Assembly: GCF_000015025.1 (NCBI RefSeq)
Contig: NC_008578.1
Location: 120,001 to 152,000, forward strand
Direction: 5' to 3'
Source: Acidothermus cellulolyticus 11B
GTDB lineage: Bacteria > Actinomycetota > Actinomycetes > Acidothermales > Acidothermaceae
DNA: 32,000 nt
The position numbers and the translations under genes are program-made. Each line of letters starts with the position of its first letter. The stretch's first letter is position 1. The notes under the pieces were generated by a model that was not told the DNA's origin, searched no databases, and saw only the letters and a program-made list of their open reading frames with translations. Shown here piece by piece: positions 1 to 7,601 of this stretch.

Positions 1-187
1 AGGGTGGAAGACCCGGGGTGAAGGAATCGTCCACCAGGAGTCCCCAGACATCGCCGTACGAAACCCGCCCGACGAGTTCTTCGATGTCGACCCCTCGGTA
101 GCGCAGAGAGCCCCCATTTCTATCCGGTTCGGCGATTTGGGTCTCGAACGCGACAACTCCTTCTAGCCCCGGAACGAAGTCAGACAT
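1..187 (-). CDS. citA: Citrate synthase (CitA type), N-terminal 62 codons; gene continues past the window start
   Basis: A reverse-strand ATG (cat at 185-187) opens a frame that runs off the window edge. It translates as MSDFVPGLEGVVAFETQIAEPDRNGGSLRYRGVDIEELVGRVSYGDVWGLLVDDSFTPGLPP. From memory this matches the N-terminus of actinobacterial CitA (FVPGL.GVVAF.TEIAEPD..GG.LRYRGVDIE.LV). It is absent from the ORF track because it is short and edge-truncated. Confidence 0.7.
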   Translation of the reverse strand, partial: MSDFVPGLEGVVAFETQIAEPDRNGGSLRYRGVDIEELVGRVSYGDVWGLLVDDSFTPGLPP

Positions 188-427
188 TGGTTCTACTCCT
201 GCCTCGCGCAGCCGCCGGATCGTGGACCCCTTCATTCTCCCGCTAACCTGCCCTTGACAGCGCCGGGGTCCCGCGGTCGGGGGCTGCGGGACAAAGCGAC
301 GGTCATCACCCTTCCGGCGTCCGTCCTGCCGTCGGCCGCGGGAGCTAGGGACCGGCTGGCTGACCGATACCTGCCCGGCAGGCGGAACCGCGCTCCGGCG
401 TCCGACACCGATGCCCGAGGAGAGCCG

Positions 428-1102
428 ATGCGACACGGCACACACACCGGGTCGAACCCTTATGCCGAGGCTTACGTCGAGGTCACTGCCGGCGGTCTTG
501 CCGAGACCGACCTGGCAGCCGATCCGATCGAGCAGTTCCGGCGCTGGCTCGCCGATGCGATCCGATACAACCTGCCGGAACCCACCGCGATGGTCGTCGC
601 GACCGCGGACGCCGACGGCCGGCCGAGCAGCCGCCACGTCTTGCTCAAGAGCGTGGACGACGGCTTTGTCTTCTTCACCAACTACCGGTCCCGGAAAGGA
701 CGGGACCTTTCGGAAAATCCCTCGGCAAGTCTGTGTTTTCCGTGGTTTGCCATCGGACGGCAAGTCGTGGTCTTAGGCACTGTGACGAAAGTCACCCGCG
801 AGGAAACTGAGGAATACTTCGCGAGTCGGCCTCGGGACTCACAGTGTGGCGCATGGTCCAGTGAGAATCAGTCGTCGGTTGTTCCGTCGCGCGCCTGGCT
901 TGATGAGCGATACGCAGAAGTTGCTCAGCGGTTTGCCGGCGTCGAACACATCCCACCGCCGCCATTCTGGGGTGGTTTCCGCGTGATACCCGAGACGGTG
1001 GAGTTCTGGCAGGCCCGGCCGGCCCGCATGCATGATCGATTGCGTTATCGGCGGACAGCGGATGGCGAACGACCGTGGATCATCGAACGGCTCTCGCCGT
1101 AG
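428..1102 (+). CDS. pdxH: Pyridoxamine/pyridoxine 5'-phosphate oxidase
   Basis: This is the internal ATG at 428 of ORF 254..1102, preceded by GAGGAGA, giving 224 aa. PdxH-like blocks are present: DPIEQFRRWLADA, GRPSSRHVLLKSVDD.GFVFFTNYRSRKG, and FWQARPARMHDRLRY at the C-terminus. The upstream 58 codons are Arg/Pro/Ala-rich and look non-coding. Confidence 0.9.
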   Translation: MRHGTHTGSNPYAEAYVEVTAGGLAETDLAADPIEQFRRWLADAIRYNLPEPTAMVVATADADGRPSSRHVLLKSVDDGFVFFTNYRSRKGRDLSENPSASLCFPWFAIGRQVVVLGTVTKVTREETEEYFASRPRDSQCGAWSSENQSSVVPSRAWLDERYAEVAQRFAGVEHIPPPPFWGGFRVIPETVEFWQARPARMHDRLRYRRTADGERPWIIERLSP

Positions 1103-1301
1103 GCGGAGTTGGCCGACTGCGGGTGTGGGGTTGGTCAGTAGCTGGCCGCTTACCGGGTCGACGAGCGCCTGGGACATCCGCCTCGCAATCGCTCGTGCCG
1201 GGGCTCGTGCCGGGTCGGCCGGCCGCTGGTGTGGGATTGGTGTCCGTGACGGTATCCGCGGCAAGCGTCGTCCGGTTCTTCGGCGGTCGCCTGGTGGATG
1301 G

Positions 1302-2000
1302 TCAACGCGGGCGGATTCTCACCCATGTCGCATCCGCGTGCGCGAGCAGACGGCCATCGCGGTCGAAGATTGCAGAGACGGTGAGAGCAGTCCGTTCGGC
1401 GCGCGCACGGAGTTCTCCCACGATCACCACGTCTTGGTCGACTTCCGGAACGTCGAGGATTCGGGCCCGGATGCGCCCAAGGACCATCGGCCGTCCGGCG
1501 ATGTCCGCGGACCAACCACTGGGACAATCAAGGGCGGCCCAGACGAGTTCGGGTGGTGTTCCTCGGTGTCCGCCACCGGCGACCCGCCAGGTCGTCGCGA
1601 CCCGACCCGGCCCGACGGGACCCGGGCGCAGACGCAGGCCCCTTGGGTTCCGTGGGCCGCACACAAAGCAGGTCGGGAACGGGTGATCCACCGCCCCGGC
1701 GTACCGTGCCTCGGCGGTCCGGGCGGTTCCCCAGTCCACCGGCGCAGGTGCCTCGTCGGGCGGCTCGGCCGCTGCGGCCTCCGCCAGAAGGTCGGTGCCG
1801 TCGAACAGTCGGATCACTTCGTCTTCGATGACGAGGTGCAACGGCTTTCCGACCGGCGTCGGCCGGTTCAACCGCACCTGGCAGGCGCCGGCGCCGGGGT
1901 GCGCGGTGGCCAGGCGTCCGGCGAGGTAGCCGCCGTTCGCGCAACCCGGGGGACCGCAGAACGTCGGGTCGATAGGCGGGAATTCCCGGGTTTCGCTCAT
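1302..2000 (-). CDS. Hotdog-fold (PaaI/thioesterase-superfamily-like) protein
   Basis: 232-aa ORF with an ATG start at 1998-2000. It contains CANGGYLAG and the FPTCFVCGP.NP.GL motif typical of actinobacterial hotdog/thioesterase-like proteins, and has good GC3. The plus-strand ORFs that overlap it are Arg/Pro-rich shadows. Confidence 0.7.
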   Translation of the reverse strand: MSETREFPPIDPTFCGPPGCANGGYLAGRLATAHPGAGACQVRLNRPTPVGKPLHLVIEDEVIRLFDGTDLLAEAAAAEPPDEAPAPVDWGTARTAEARYAGAVDHPFPTCFVCGPRNPRGLRLRPGPVGPGRVATTWRVAGGGHRGTPPELVWAALDCPSGWSADIAGRPMVLGRIRARILDVPEVDQDVVIVGELRARAERTALTVSAIFDRDGRLLAHADATWVRIRPR

Positions 2001-2101
2001 GGATGGTTGCGCCTGCCGTTCACGGACACCGCCGACTCCGACCCGGGCGGGATTGACCGGACATCACCGACCCCCACCGACCGGGCTTGGCTCCCTGCTG
2101 G

Positions 2102-2755
2102 TCAACCAAGAACCTCCGCGGCCAACCGAAGATCGGCGACAAGTCCCTGATACGCCGCCTCCCGGTCGTCCGCGCGCAGGACCGCGGACGGGTGAATGGT
2201 GGCGAGAAAGAACTTGTTTACCCGGACGGCGTCCTCGTGCGGCGGTGCGGGCCATGGCAGCAGCGCGCCTCTGGTCCGATTGACCCGAAAATCCGGCCCA
2301 AACAAGGCCCGTCCGGCCGTAGCGCCGAGGGCGACGATGATGTCCGGATCGACGATGGCCAGTTCGGCGGCAAGCCACGGCCGGCACGCTGTGATTTCCC
2401 GTTGGTCAGGTGTTTGGTGAATGCGCCGCGCGCCCGGCCCGTCCTGACGGAATTTGAAGTGCTTGACCGCATTGGTGACGTAGGCGGCCGCTCGGTCGAT
2501 GCCGACCTCCTCGAGGGCGCGGTCGAGGATATTTCCGGCTGGTCCAACGAAGGGCGCCCCTCGGCGGTCCTCCTGGTCACCGGGTTGTTCGCCAACGAGC
2601 ACGATTCGTGCCGTAGGCGGGCCGCTGCTGAAGACGGTCTGGGTCGCGTTGCGATACAGCGGGCAGCCCTGGCATCCGCGGGCGGCCCTCCGCAGCTCGT
2701 CCAATCCGGCACCGGTCGGCACCCACCGGGCCGCTCCTGGATAGTCAGCTGTCAT
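2102..2755 (-). CDS. udgX: Uracil-DNA glycosylase superfamily protein, UdgX-like (family-4 related, Fe-S)
   Basis: 217 aa with an ATG at 2753-2755. Motifs present: CQGCPLY, GEQPGDQEDRRGAPFVGPAG, YVTNAVKHFKF followed by the ARRIH loop, ACRPWL and HPSAVLR. From memory this aligns closely with M. smegmatis UdgX (GEQPGDKED ... VKHFKF...KRRIH...ACRPWL). Confidence 0.85.
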   Translation of the reverse strand: MTADYPGAARWVPTGAGLDELRRAARGCQGCPLYRNATQTVFSSGPPTARIVLVGEQPGDQEDRRGAPFVGPAGNILDRALEEVGIDRAAAYVTNAVKHFKFRQDGPGARRIHQTPDQREITACRPWLAAELAIVDPDIIVALGATAGRALFGPDFRVNRTRGALLPWPAPPHEDAVRVNKFFLATIHPSAVLRADDREAAYQGLVADLRLAAEVLG

Positions 2756-2920
2756 CTGACGCTCCGCCGCTTGGCACGCGCCGTCCGCCCGCTGCTACGA
2801 CGTCCGCCTTCGATCGCATCGTTCCGGTCGGATAATCCCGCAGTGGTCGTAGGTACGGCAAGCGGGGAGCGTATCGACGACCGTGCGCTCGCGGTCGAGT
2901 GCGTCGCGGTAGGCCTCGGC

Positions 2921-4276
2921 ATGGCCGTGGCTGGCGGGGCCTTCGCCCCTCCAGCGGCAGCCGTCTTCGCCGGGGTCGCGATTGCGCTGCTCATTGTTGG
3001 TCTGGTCCTGCTTCCTACCGCGCGCCTCCTCGTGCGATCGCGGCTGTCGTACGCCGTCCTTGCTTTTGCTGCGTGGTGGACGGCGTCCGGTCTCGCCCAT
3101 CACGACGGCATGGTGGCAATGCGGCTTGCGGCGGGGATGGTCGGGTCGGTTGCGGCGTACGTCGTGGTAGGTGCCTTGACCACGCGGGGCCGGGAGTTGG
3201 TCGCGGCCGGGTTCTTGGGCGGAGCGGCGATCCTCGCCGGGACCGGCTTGATCGACGTGAGCGTCGCGATGGCAGCCGGCCGCGGTCCCTTTGATTCGTG
3301 GCTGCTGACGGACGAGCGGTCCGTGCGACTGGCGGGTCCACTCCACTACCCGGAGGCGTTCGCGCTCTGGCTTAGTTTCTCTTTCCTGGCGGGTGCGCTC
3401 GTGCGGACTCGCCGGGTTCAGCCGCTGGTCTCGCTTTCCCAGGTGGTTGTCGGCTGCGGAATTCTCGCCTCCGAAAGCCGGGGTGCCCTTGTCGCGTTCG
3501 CCGCGGCGCTCATCGTGGCCGGCCGTCGGCTGAGCCGGGCCACGCGGAACGCCGTTGTCGCCCTTGCGGTCTGTGCGCCGTTGGTGCTGGCCGCGCAGCG
3601 GCTCGCGGGCGCGACGGCCGTGCTGTATCCGCTCTCTTTAGCGGCCGCCGTTCTTACGGTGCTCCTCATCGGACGCGGTCTGCTCGTCCGCGGACGTCTC
3701 GATCAGCGACCGGCGAACCGGTGGCGTGATCGTGTCATGGCCGCAGTGCTTCGCTTGCGGTGGCTGATCGGTGGAGTCTGGTTGGTGACCACCTGCGGTC
3801 TGCTTGTGACGCAGCGTCGCTGGGTCGACGGTCTGGATCCGAGTTGGTGGCAGCGACTTCGGGTAGCCAAGGCCGCAATTCACCTGATCAGCGGGCACGT
3901 GTGGAGCGGGCTTGGACCTGATCCCGTTTTCCGTGCGCCGACCGCGACCGGCGTCCCGGGATGGGCGTACTTCACGCACAACGAGTTCTTGGAGATCGCG
4001 CTGAGTCTCGGCATTCCAGGCTTGGTGGCGGTGGTGGCCCTCGCAGCGTGGGTGGCCTGGCGGCTGCGACCGCACCGGATCGGACTCGCTGTGCTGGCAG
4101 CAGTGGTGGTGGCCGGCTTGTTCGATTTCGGGTGGCACTTCCCGGTACTCGGCTGGGTGGCGGCGAGCGTCGCGGCTTGCGAGGTGGGTCAGCGGCGACT
4201 TAGACGGCAACCATTCGGCGTCTGGTGTGCTCGGAACTGTCGTCGTGTTGTGAAATCCTGCACACTGGCGGGGTGA
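2921..4276 (+). CDS. O-antigen ligase/polymerase (Wzy_C) family polytopic membrane protein
   Basis: This is the 3' two-thirds of ORF 2087..4276; the 5' part of that ORF is antisense to udgX. It has 10 or more hydrophobic helices, ASESRGALVAF, and the THNEFLEIALSLGIPGL motif characteristic of O-antigen ligase-like proteins. The start is uncertain: ATG 2921, or in-frame GTG 2843. Confidence 0.75.
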   Translation: MAVAGGAFAPPAAAVFAGVAIALLIVGLVLLPTARLLVRSRLSYAVLAFAAWWTASGLAHHDGMVAMRLAAGMVGSVAAYVVVGALTTRGRELVAAGFLGGAAILAGTGLIDVSVAMAAGRGPFDSWLLTDERSVRLAGPLHYPEAFALWLSFSFLAGALVRTRRVQPLVSLSQVVVGCGILASESRGALVAFAAALIVAGRRLSRATRNAVVALAVCAPLVLAAQRLAGATAVLYPLSLAAAVLTVLLIGRGLLVRGRLDQRPANRWRDRVMAAVLRLRWLIGGVWLVTTCGLLVTQRRWVDGLDPSWWQRLRVAKAAIHLISGHVWSGLGPDPVFRAPTATGVPGWAYFTHNEFLEIALSLGIPGLVAVVALAAWVAWRLRPHRIGLAVLAAVVVAGLFDFGWHFPVLGWVAASVAACEVGQRRLRRQPFGVWCARNCRRVVKSCTLAG

Positions 4277-4608
4277 GATCTGGACCCTCCCCTGCGTGGA
4301 GGCGCTGAGCGGTGGCCAGTCGAGGCACGCCGCGTCGGGAGGACGTCAGACGCTACCCGTGCCCATGGCCAGGGCATGCGCGCCGCGACGTGGTGCCCCA
4401 CGGCGTCGTGCGGAATGACGCTGGCGAGGTCACCCGGCAGCGGTACATGTGCTCGTCCGGAACGACCAAGGCACACACCACCCCTGTGCGGAAGACCACC
4501 GACCGTCTGGACCTCGCTGGTCGACATCCTTTGACGTGTCAACCGTTGACCTGCCCCCCGGCCCGGGAGGAGCATTCCAACTGTCGCTCCGTCTTTACGG
4601 AGGGCGAG

Positions 4609-5049
4609 ATGAGACAACTTGCATGGGCTATGGCCGCACTCCTTCTGACGGGCTTGCTGGCCGCCCCTGCGGACGCCGCTCAGGGCCCGGGGAGCGAACC
4701 CGTCGTCGTCGCCGGGCCCACGACCTGGGTGGATCACGGAACCCGCGTCAACGGGTCATGCGTCAACAGCTCGCCGGTGCTGTCCCTGGCTCCTGGACAG
4801 TACTCGGTGAGTGCGACCGTCACGGGCGCTGACGCCAGCACCTGTTCCGTGACGTGGCAGATCGGTGCGGCGACGACGGTCCGGGCAGCGGACCCCGCTC
4901 GCCCGGCCGGTGGATCCTCGGTCGAGGAACCGGCCAAGGTCGTCGCGGTCCCGCCCGTCACCGCACCGGGTGCGGTCAGTCCGGCGGCGACGTATTCGGG
5001 GTCGGGGTACGAGCGGGCGTGTTGGAGGACGTCGTCGGGTTGGAGCTGA
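4609..5049 (+). CDS. Secreted hypothetical protein, N-terminal part (signal peptide); apparently continues in another frame
   Basis: ATG at 4609 is preceded by GGAGGG. MRQLAWAMAALLLTGLLAAPADA-AQG is a classic Sec signal peptide. GC3 stays high up to about 5005, where the high-GC3 signal moves to the frame of ORF 4854..5387. Confidence 0.6.
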   Translation: MRQLAWAMAALLLTGLLAAPADAAQGPGSEPVVVAGPTTWVDHGTRVNGSCVNSSPVLSLAPGQYSVSATVTGADASTCSVTWQIGAATTVRAADPARPAGGSSVEEPAKVVAVPPVTAPGAVSPAATYSGSGYERACWRTSSGWS

Positions 5050-5387
5050 ACGAGGCGAGGAGCAACATCTCGTTCTCCTACAACGGCTCCTGCGTGACCA
5101 GCGCCTCCGGGTCCGGCTACTGGTGGTGGCGGTCCGGAAGCGGGTGGGAGCCGCCAACCAACAAGGGCTCGTGGATCAGCACAACCTGCAACAACGCGAA
5201 GGTGTGGTCACAGGCGGACTACCGCAACACCGGGTTCTGCCTGGGGTACACCTCCAAGACGCCTTTCCGCGGAGTGACGGTCCAGGGCCGGTATGACGGT
5301 TACCTGTTCGGGTGGGTGGACAACTGGTGGTGGAACGCGTGCCTGCCGTTCAGCTTCCACTCCCAGCTGGTGAGGCTCACCGGGTAG
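5010..5387 (+). CDS. Cys/Trp-rich domain (C-terminal part of the preceding secreted protein after a frameshift, or a separate ORF)
   Basis: From about 5010 the frame of ORF 4854..5387 has high GC3. It encodes ...SNISFSYNGSCVTSASGSGYWWWRSGSGWEPPTNKGSWISTTCNNAKVWSQADYRNTGFCLGY...WVDNWWWNACLPFSF. This is Cys/Trp-rich and looks extracytoplasmic but has no signal peptide of its own. I do not recognise the family. Confidence 0.5.
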   Translation, partial: RAGVLEDVVGLELNEARSNISFSYNGSCVTSASGSGYWWWRSGSGWEPPTNKGSWISTTCNNAKVWSQADYRNTGFCLGYTSKTPFRGVTVQGRYDGYLFGWVDNWWWNACLPFSFHSQLVRLTG

Positions 5388-5393
5388 GCGCTC

Positions 5394-5831
5394 GTGATCA
5401 TCCTGGTCGGCGCCGTCCCGGTGGTCGTACTTGCTGCCCTCATCGTCAGGGCGCGGGTCAGCCCGGGTGCCCGGGAGGCCGTCGTCCGATGGTGCAGGGT
5501 GGCCTGCCTGCCGCTGTGGCTGGTGGGGACGGTGTTCGCGGCGTGGTCCTCGTGGGGCACGTCCTCACCGGGACGGCTTGTCGGTGTGCTGACGATACCG
5601 ACGGCGCTGTGCCTGGCCGGGTCGCTGCTGCCGGCCGGGCGCTTCCACGGCGCTGCTGCGTGGACACTTGTCGGCCTTCTGCTTCTGTTCGTCACGGTGG
5701 CGGGATTCTCGGTCGGCCTGTACTACCTGCCGGCCGCTCTCGTGCTCCTGGCTGCGGCGGCCCTCGGCGGACCCGATGAGGTCATGCGTGGTCGCCCCAG
5801 AGGTTCTCGAGCTCGGCTCAAGGGGGGCTAG
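5394..5831 (+). CDS. Hypothetical integral membrane protein (about 4 TM)
   Basis: GTG start lies 6 nt after the upstream stop, which suggests translational coupling. There are four hydrophobic segments (VGAVPVVVLAALIV, VACLPLWLVGTVFAAW, VLTIPTALCLAGSLL, LVGLLLLFVTVAGFSVGLYYLPAALVLLAAAAL) and GC3 is good. Confidence 0.55.
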   Translation: MIILVGAVPVVVLAALIVRARVSPGAREAVVRWCRVACLPLWLVGTVFAAWSSWGTSSPGRLVGVLTIPTALCLAGSLLPAGRFHGAAAWTLVGLLLLFVTVAGFSVGLYYLPAALVLLAAAALGGPDEVMRGRPRGSRARLKGG

Positions 5832-5890
5832 CGGTCGCAGAGACGCGGCGATGCGAGCGGGTCGGGGGACGCCGAGCGGGCTCGTGCAAT

Positions 5891-6241
5891 GTGTACACCA
5901 TCTTGCCGCCCTGCCGCGGCAATAGAGTGACCGGAGGCCTCCGGGCCTACCTCGACGACGCGCACGACCTGCTTGAGCTGACGCTGCCCCGCCCGGTCCG
6001 CGTCAGCGATCTGAGTGGTGACGGGCCCTTACCGACCTCGGGCACGGTCGTCGTGCTCGTGAACCACGCGAACGTCGACCGGGTCGAACAGGCGAGTTCG
6101 CGCTACCGGGCCGCGGGGATCGAGCTGTGCGCGGTTGACCCCGACGGGCTGGCCACGGAGAGCACCAAGGCGAACCTCGGCACCCATCCGCCAATCTGCT
6201 CAGCTCTCCGACGTCCAAAGACTCGAGTGGCCAGTGGGTAG
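5891..6241 (+). CDS. Hypothetical protein, possibly 3'-truncated next to the IS remnant
   Basis: The central part (LRAYLDDAHDLLELTLPRPVRVSDLSGDGPLPTSGTVVVLVNHANVDRVEQ...) has coding-like GC3. The last roughly 20 codons lose this bias just before the IS remnant. The start is uncertain and I recognise no family. Confidence 0.3.
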   Translation: MYTILPPCRGNRVTGGLRAYLDDAHDLLELTLPRPVRVSDLSGDGPLPTSGTVVVLVNHANVDRVEQASSRYRAAGIELCAVDPDGLATESTKANLGTHPPICSALRRPKTRVASG

Positions 6242-6308
6242 GCAACCCATGCCATGGAAGGCCAGCGAGCGTTAGATAGCGCGCGTTAGCTAGTGGTCCG
6301 TCTCAGTT

Positions 6309-6560
6309 TCAGCTGACCCGTTGGTCGAGTGTGGCTCGGGCGCGTTGGACCTTGGTGAAGATGGACTCGGCGGTGGCGGTCCACACGTAGGGCTTCGGGT
6401 CGTCGTTGTGGGCGGCGAGGTAGCTCTCGATGCTGGCGATCAGGTCCGGGACGCTGCCCCTGTCCGCCCGGTAGCTCAGGTGGAGTTGAGCCACCCAGCG
6501 GGGGCTTGGCCAGTACCGAGCCTCTCGCGAAATGGCTGGGCGTGGGAGTGCCGGCAGGTG
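6309..6560 (-). pseudogene. IS630-family (DDE) transposase, C-terminal remnant only
   Basis: The tail of ORF 6309..6644 (RGSVPDLIASIESYLAAHNDDPKPYVWTATAESIFTKVQRARATLDQ) matches the conserved C-terminus of IS630-type transposases (..SV.DL...I..YL..HN..PKPF.WT..A..I..KV.R....L). The catalytic N-terminal two-thirds is missing, and a lower-GC patch at 6568-6620 flanks it. Confidence 0.65.
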
Positions 6561-6706
6561 TGTGAGGTGAATTATCAACAACTGAGCACGCCAAACGCCG
6601 AATGATGTTGGCAAATCCGGAGGACATCGCGTGGTAGAAGCCACGAGATAGCGGGAATGTCCACCACACTGAGCGTGGATTGATCCGAGGAAGGACGTGC
6701 GACGCC

Positions 6707-7102
6707 ATGTTGGTCATCGGGCTTTTGATCGCAGCAGCGGCCGCGGCGTTCGGCGCTGTCGTCACCGTTGAGGACTGGGGCGGTTCGACGTACGCCGTTC
6801 GCGGCTTTGGGCATCACCTCGCGAATCTCACGCTGGCTGAGATCTTCCTTGCCGGGGTGATACTCTGCGGGATATTTTTCTTCGGATTGTGGCTGTCGAG
6901 TCTGTCGTCGACGCTGCACCGGCGGCGATCACTGCGGCGCCGGGCCGAGATGCGGTCGTTGCGTGAGCAGTACGAAGAGGTCGTCGCGGAGCGGGATCGG
7001 CTGGCCCGGGAGCTCGAGGCGCAGCGTGGCCGGACCTCGGACGCCGCGGCGTACCCGCGGGAACCGCAAGTCGAGCGGGACGACGCCCACCGGCTTGGTT
7101 GA
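6707..7102 (+). CDS. LapA-domain-like membrane protein with C-terminal coiled coil
   Basis: ATG at 6707 is preceded by GAGGAAGGA. It has two TM segments (LVIGLLIAAAAAAFGAVV; IFLAGVILCGIFFFGLWL) followed by a charged helical tail (RRRAEMRSLREQYEEVVAERDRLARELEAQRG). Confidence 0.6.
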   Translation: MLVIGLLIAAAAAAFGAVVTVEDWGGSTYAVRGFGHHLANLTLAEIFLAGVILCGIFFFGLWLSSLSSTLHRRRSLRRRAEMRSLREQYEEVVAERDRLARELEAQRGRTSDAAAYPREPQVERDDAHRLG

Positions 7103-7131
7103 CGATCCGCCGACCAGGCGGGCCCCGCAGC

Positions 7132-7437
7132 TCACGGATTCGCGGCGGTTCGCAGCGTACTGATCGCTGTGCTGGGAGGCAGCGCCTGCCGAACCGGGGC
7201 ATCTGCCGTTGCTCGGTCCGGCCGGTCGGCGGGTTCGCTCATCCCTGCCACCGACGCACTTGCGTCGGCCGCTGCAGGATTCAGGGTTGACGCGTTCCGT
7301 TGCGGCCCAGCGGTTCGATCAGCGGTCACCCAACGCTCAAACCGCTCGAGCGCCGCCATCAACGCGAAGAACGCCAGAGGAAGGCCGAGGAGCGTGCCCG
7401 CCAGCACAGCGAGTACGTGGCCGAGCCCAGCGAGCAT
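7132..7437 (-). CDS. Small hypothetical membrane protein
   Basis: ATG start with an N-terminal hydrophobic helix ([29 protein letters not shown]). GC3 is good for the first 35 or so codons and weaker afterwards. It lies divergent from the MCP gene. Confidence 0.3.
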   Translation of the reverse strand: MLAGLGHVLAVLAGTLLGLPLAFFALMAALERFERWVTADRTAGPQRNASTLNPAAADASASVAGMSEPADRPDRATADAPVRQALPPSTAISTLRTAANP

Positions 7438-7601
7438 CCGCGCACCTTCTCCCGCTTCGTCGTCGTGTCAGCTACTTCGACGTCACGAAGAATGACCTGA
7501 ATGGCGACGTTCGAAACGTTACTCGCCTGCACGCTTACTTTTTTCGGCGGCGCGCCGAAACAGGAGACGAGTGCGCGGCTCGTCGCGCGGAACGGAGAGG
7601 C

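Noticed and set aside
254-427. Longer pdxH start (TTG 254)
   Set aside because: The extra 58 codons are Arg/Ala/Pro-rich with poor coding signal. ATG 428 has a GAGGAGA RBS and gives the usual PdxH length.
1032-2150. 372-aa plus-strand ORF, plus nested ORFs at 1075..1686 and 1553..1831
   Set aside because: The composition is Arg/Pro/Gly-rich and nonsense-like. These ORFs are antisense to the well-supported hotdog gene (1302-2000) and are typical high-GC shadow ORFs.
2087-2920. 5' third of the 729-aa ORF 2087..4276
   Set aside because: It is antisense to the UdgX-like gene and has no membrane-protein character. The O-antigen-ligase-like protein plausibly starts only after 2755 (ATG 2921 or GTG 2843).
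5889-5900. GTGTACAC 8-bp palindrome at the start of ORF 5891
   Set aside because: It is too short to stand out from chance and has no supporting context or second copy.
7500-7560. acgttcgaaacgt near-palindrome and T-run/hairpin (ttttttcggcggcgcgccgaaa) upstream of the MCP gene as operator or terminator
   Set aside because: The palindrome is imperfect with an odd centre. The hairpin has only a 6-bp stem, and the T-run is on the wrong side to terminate either flanking gene.
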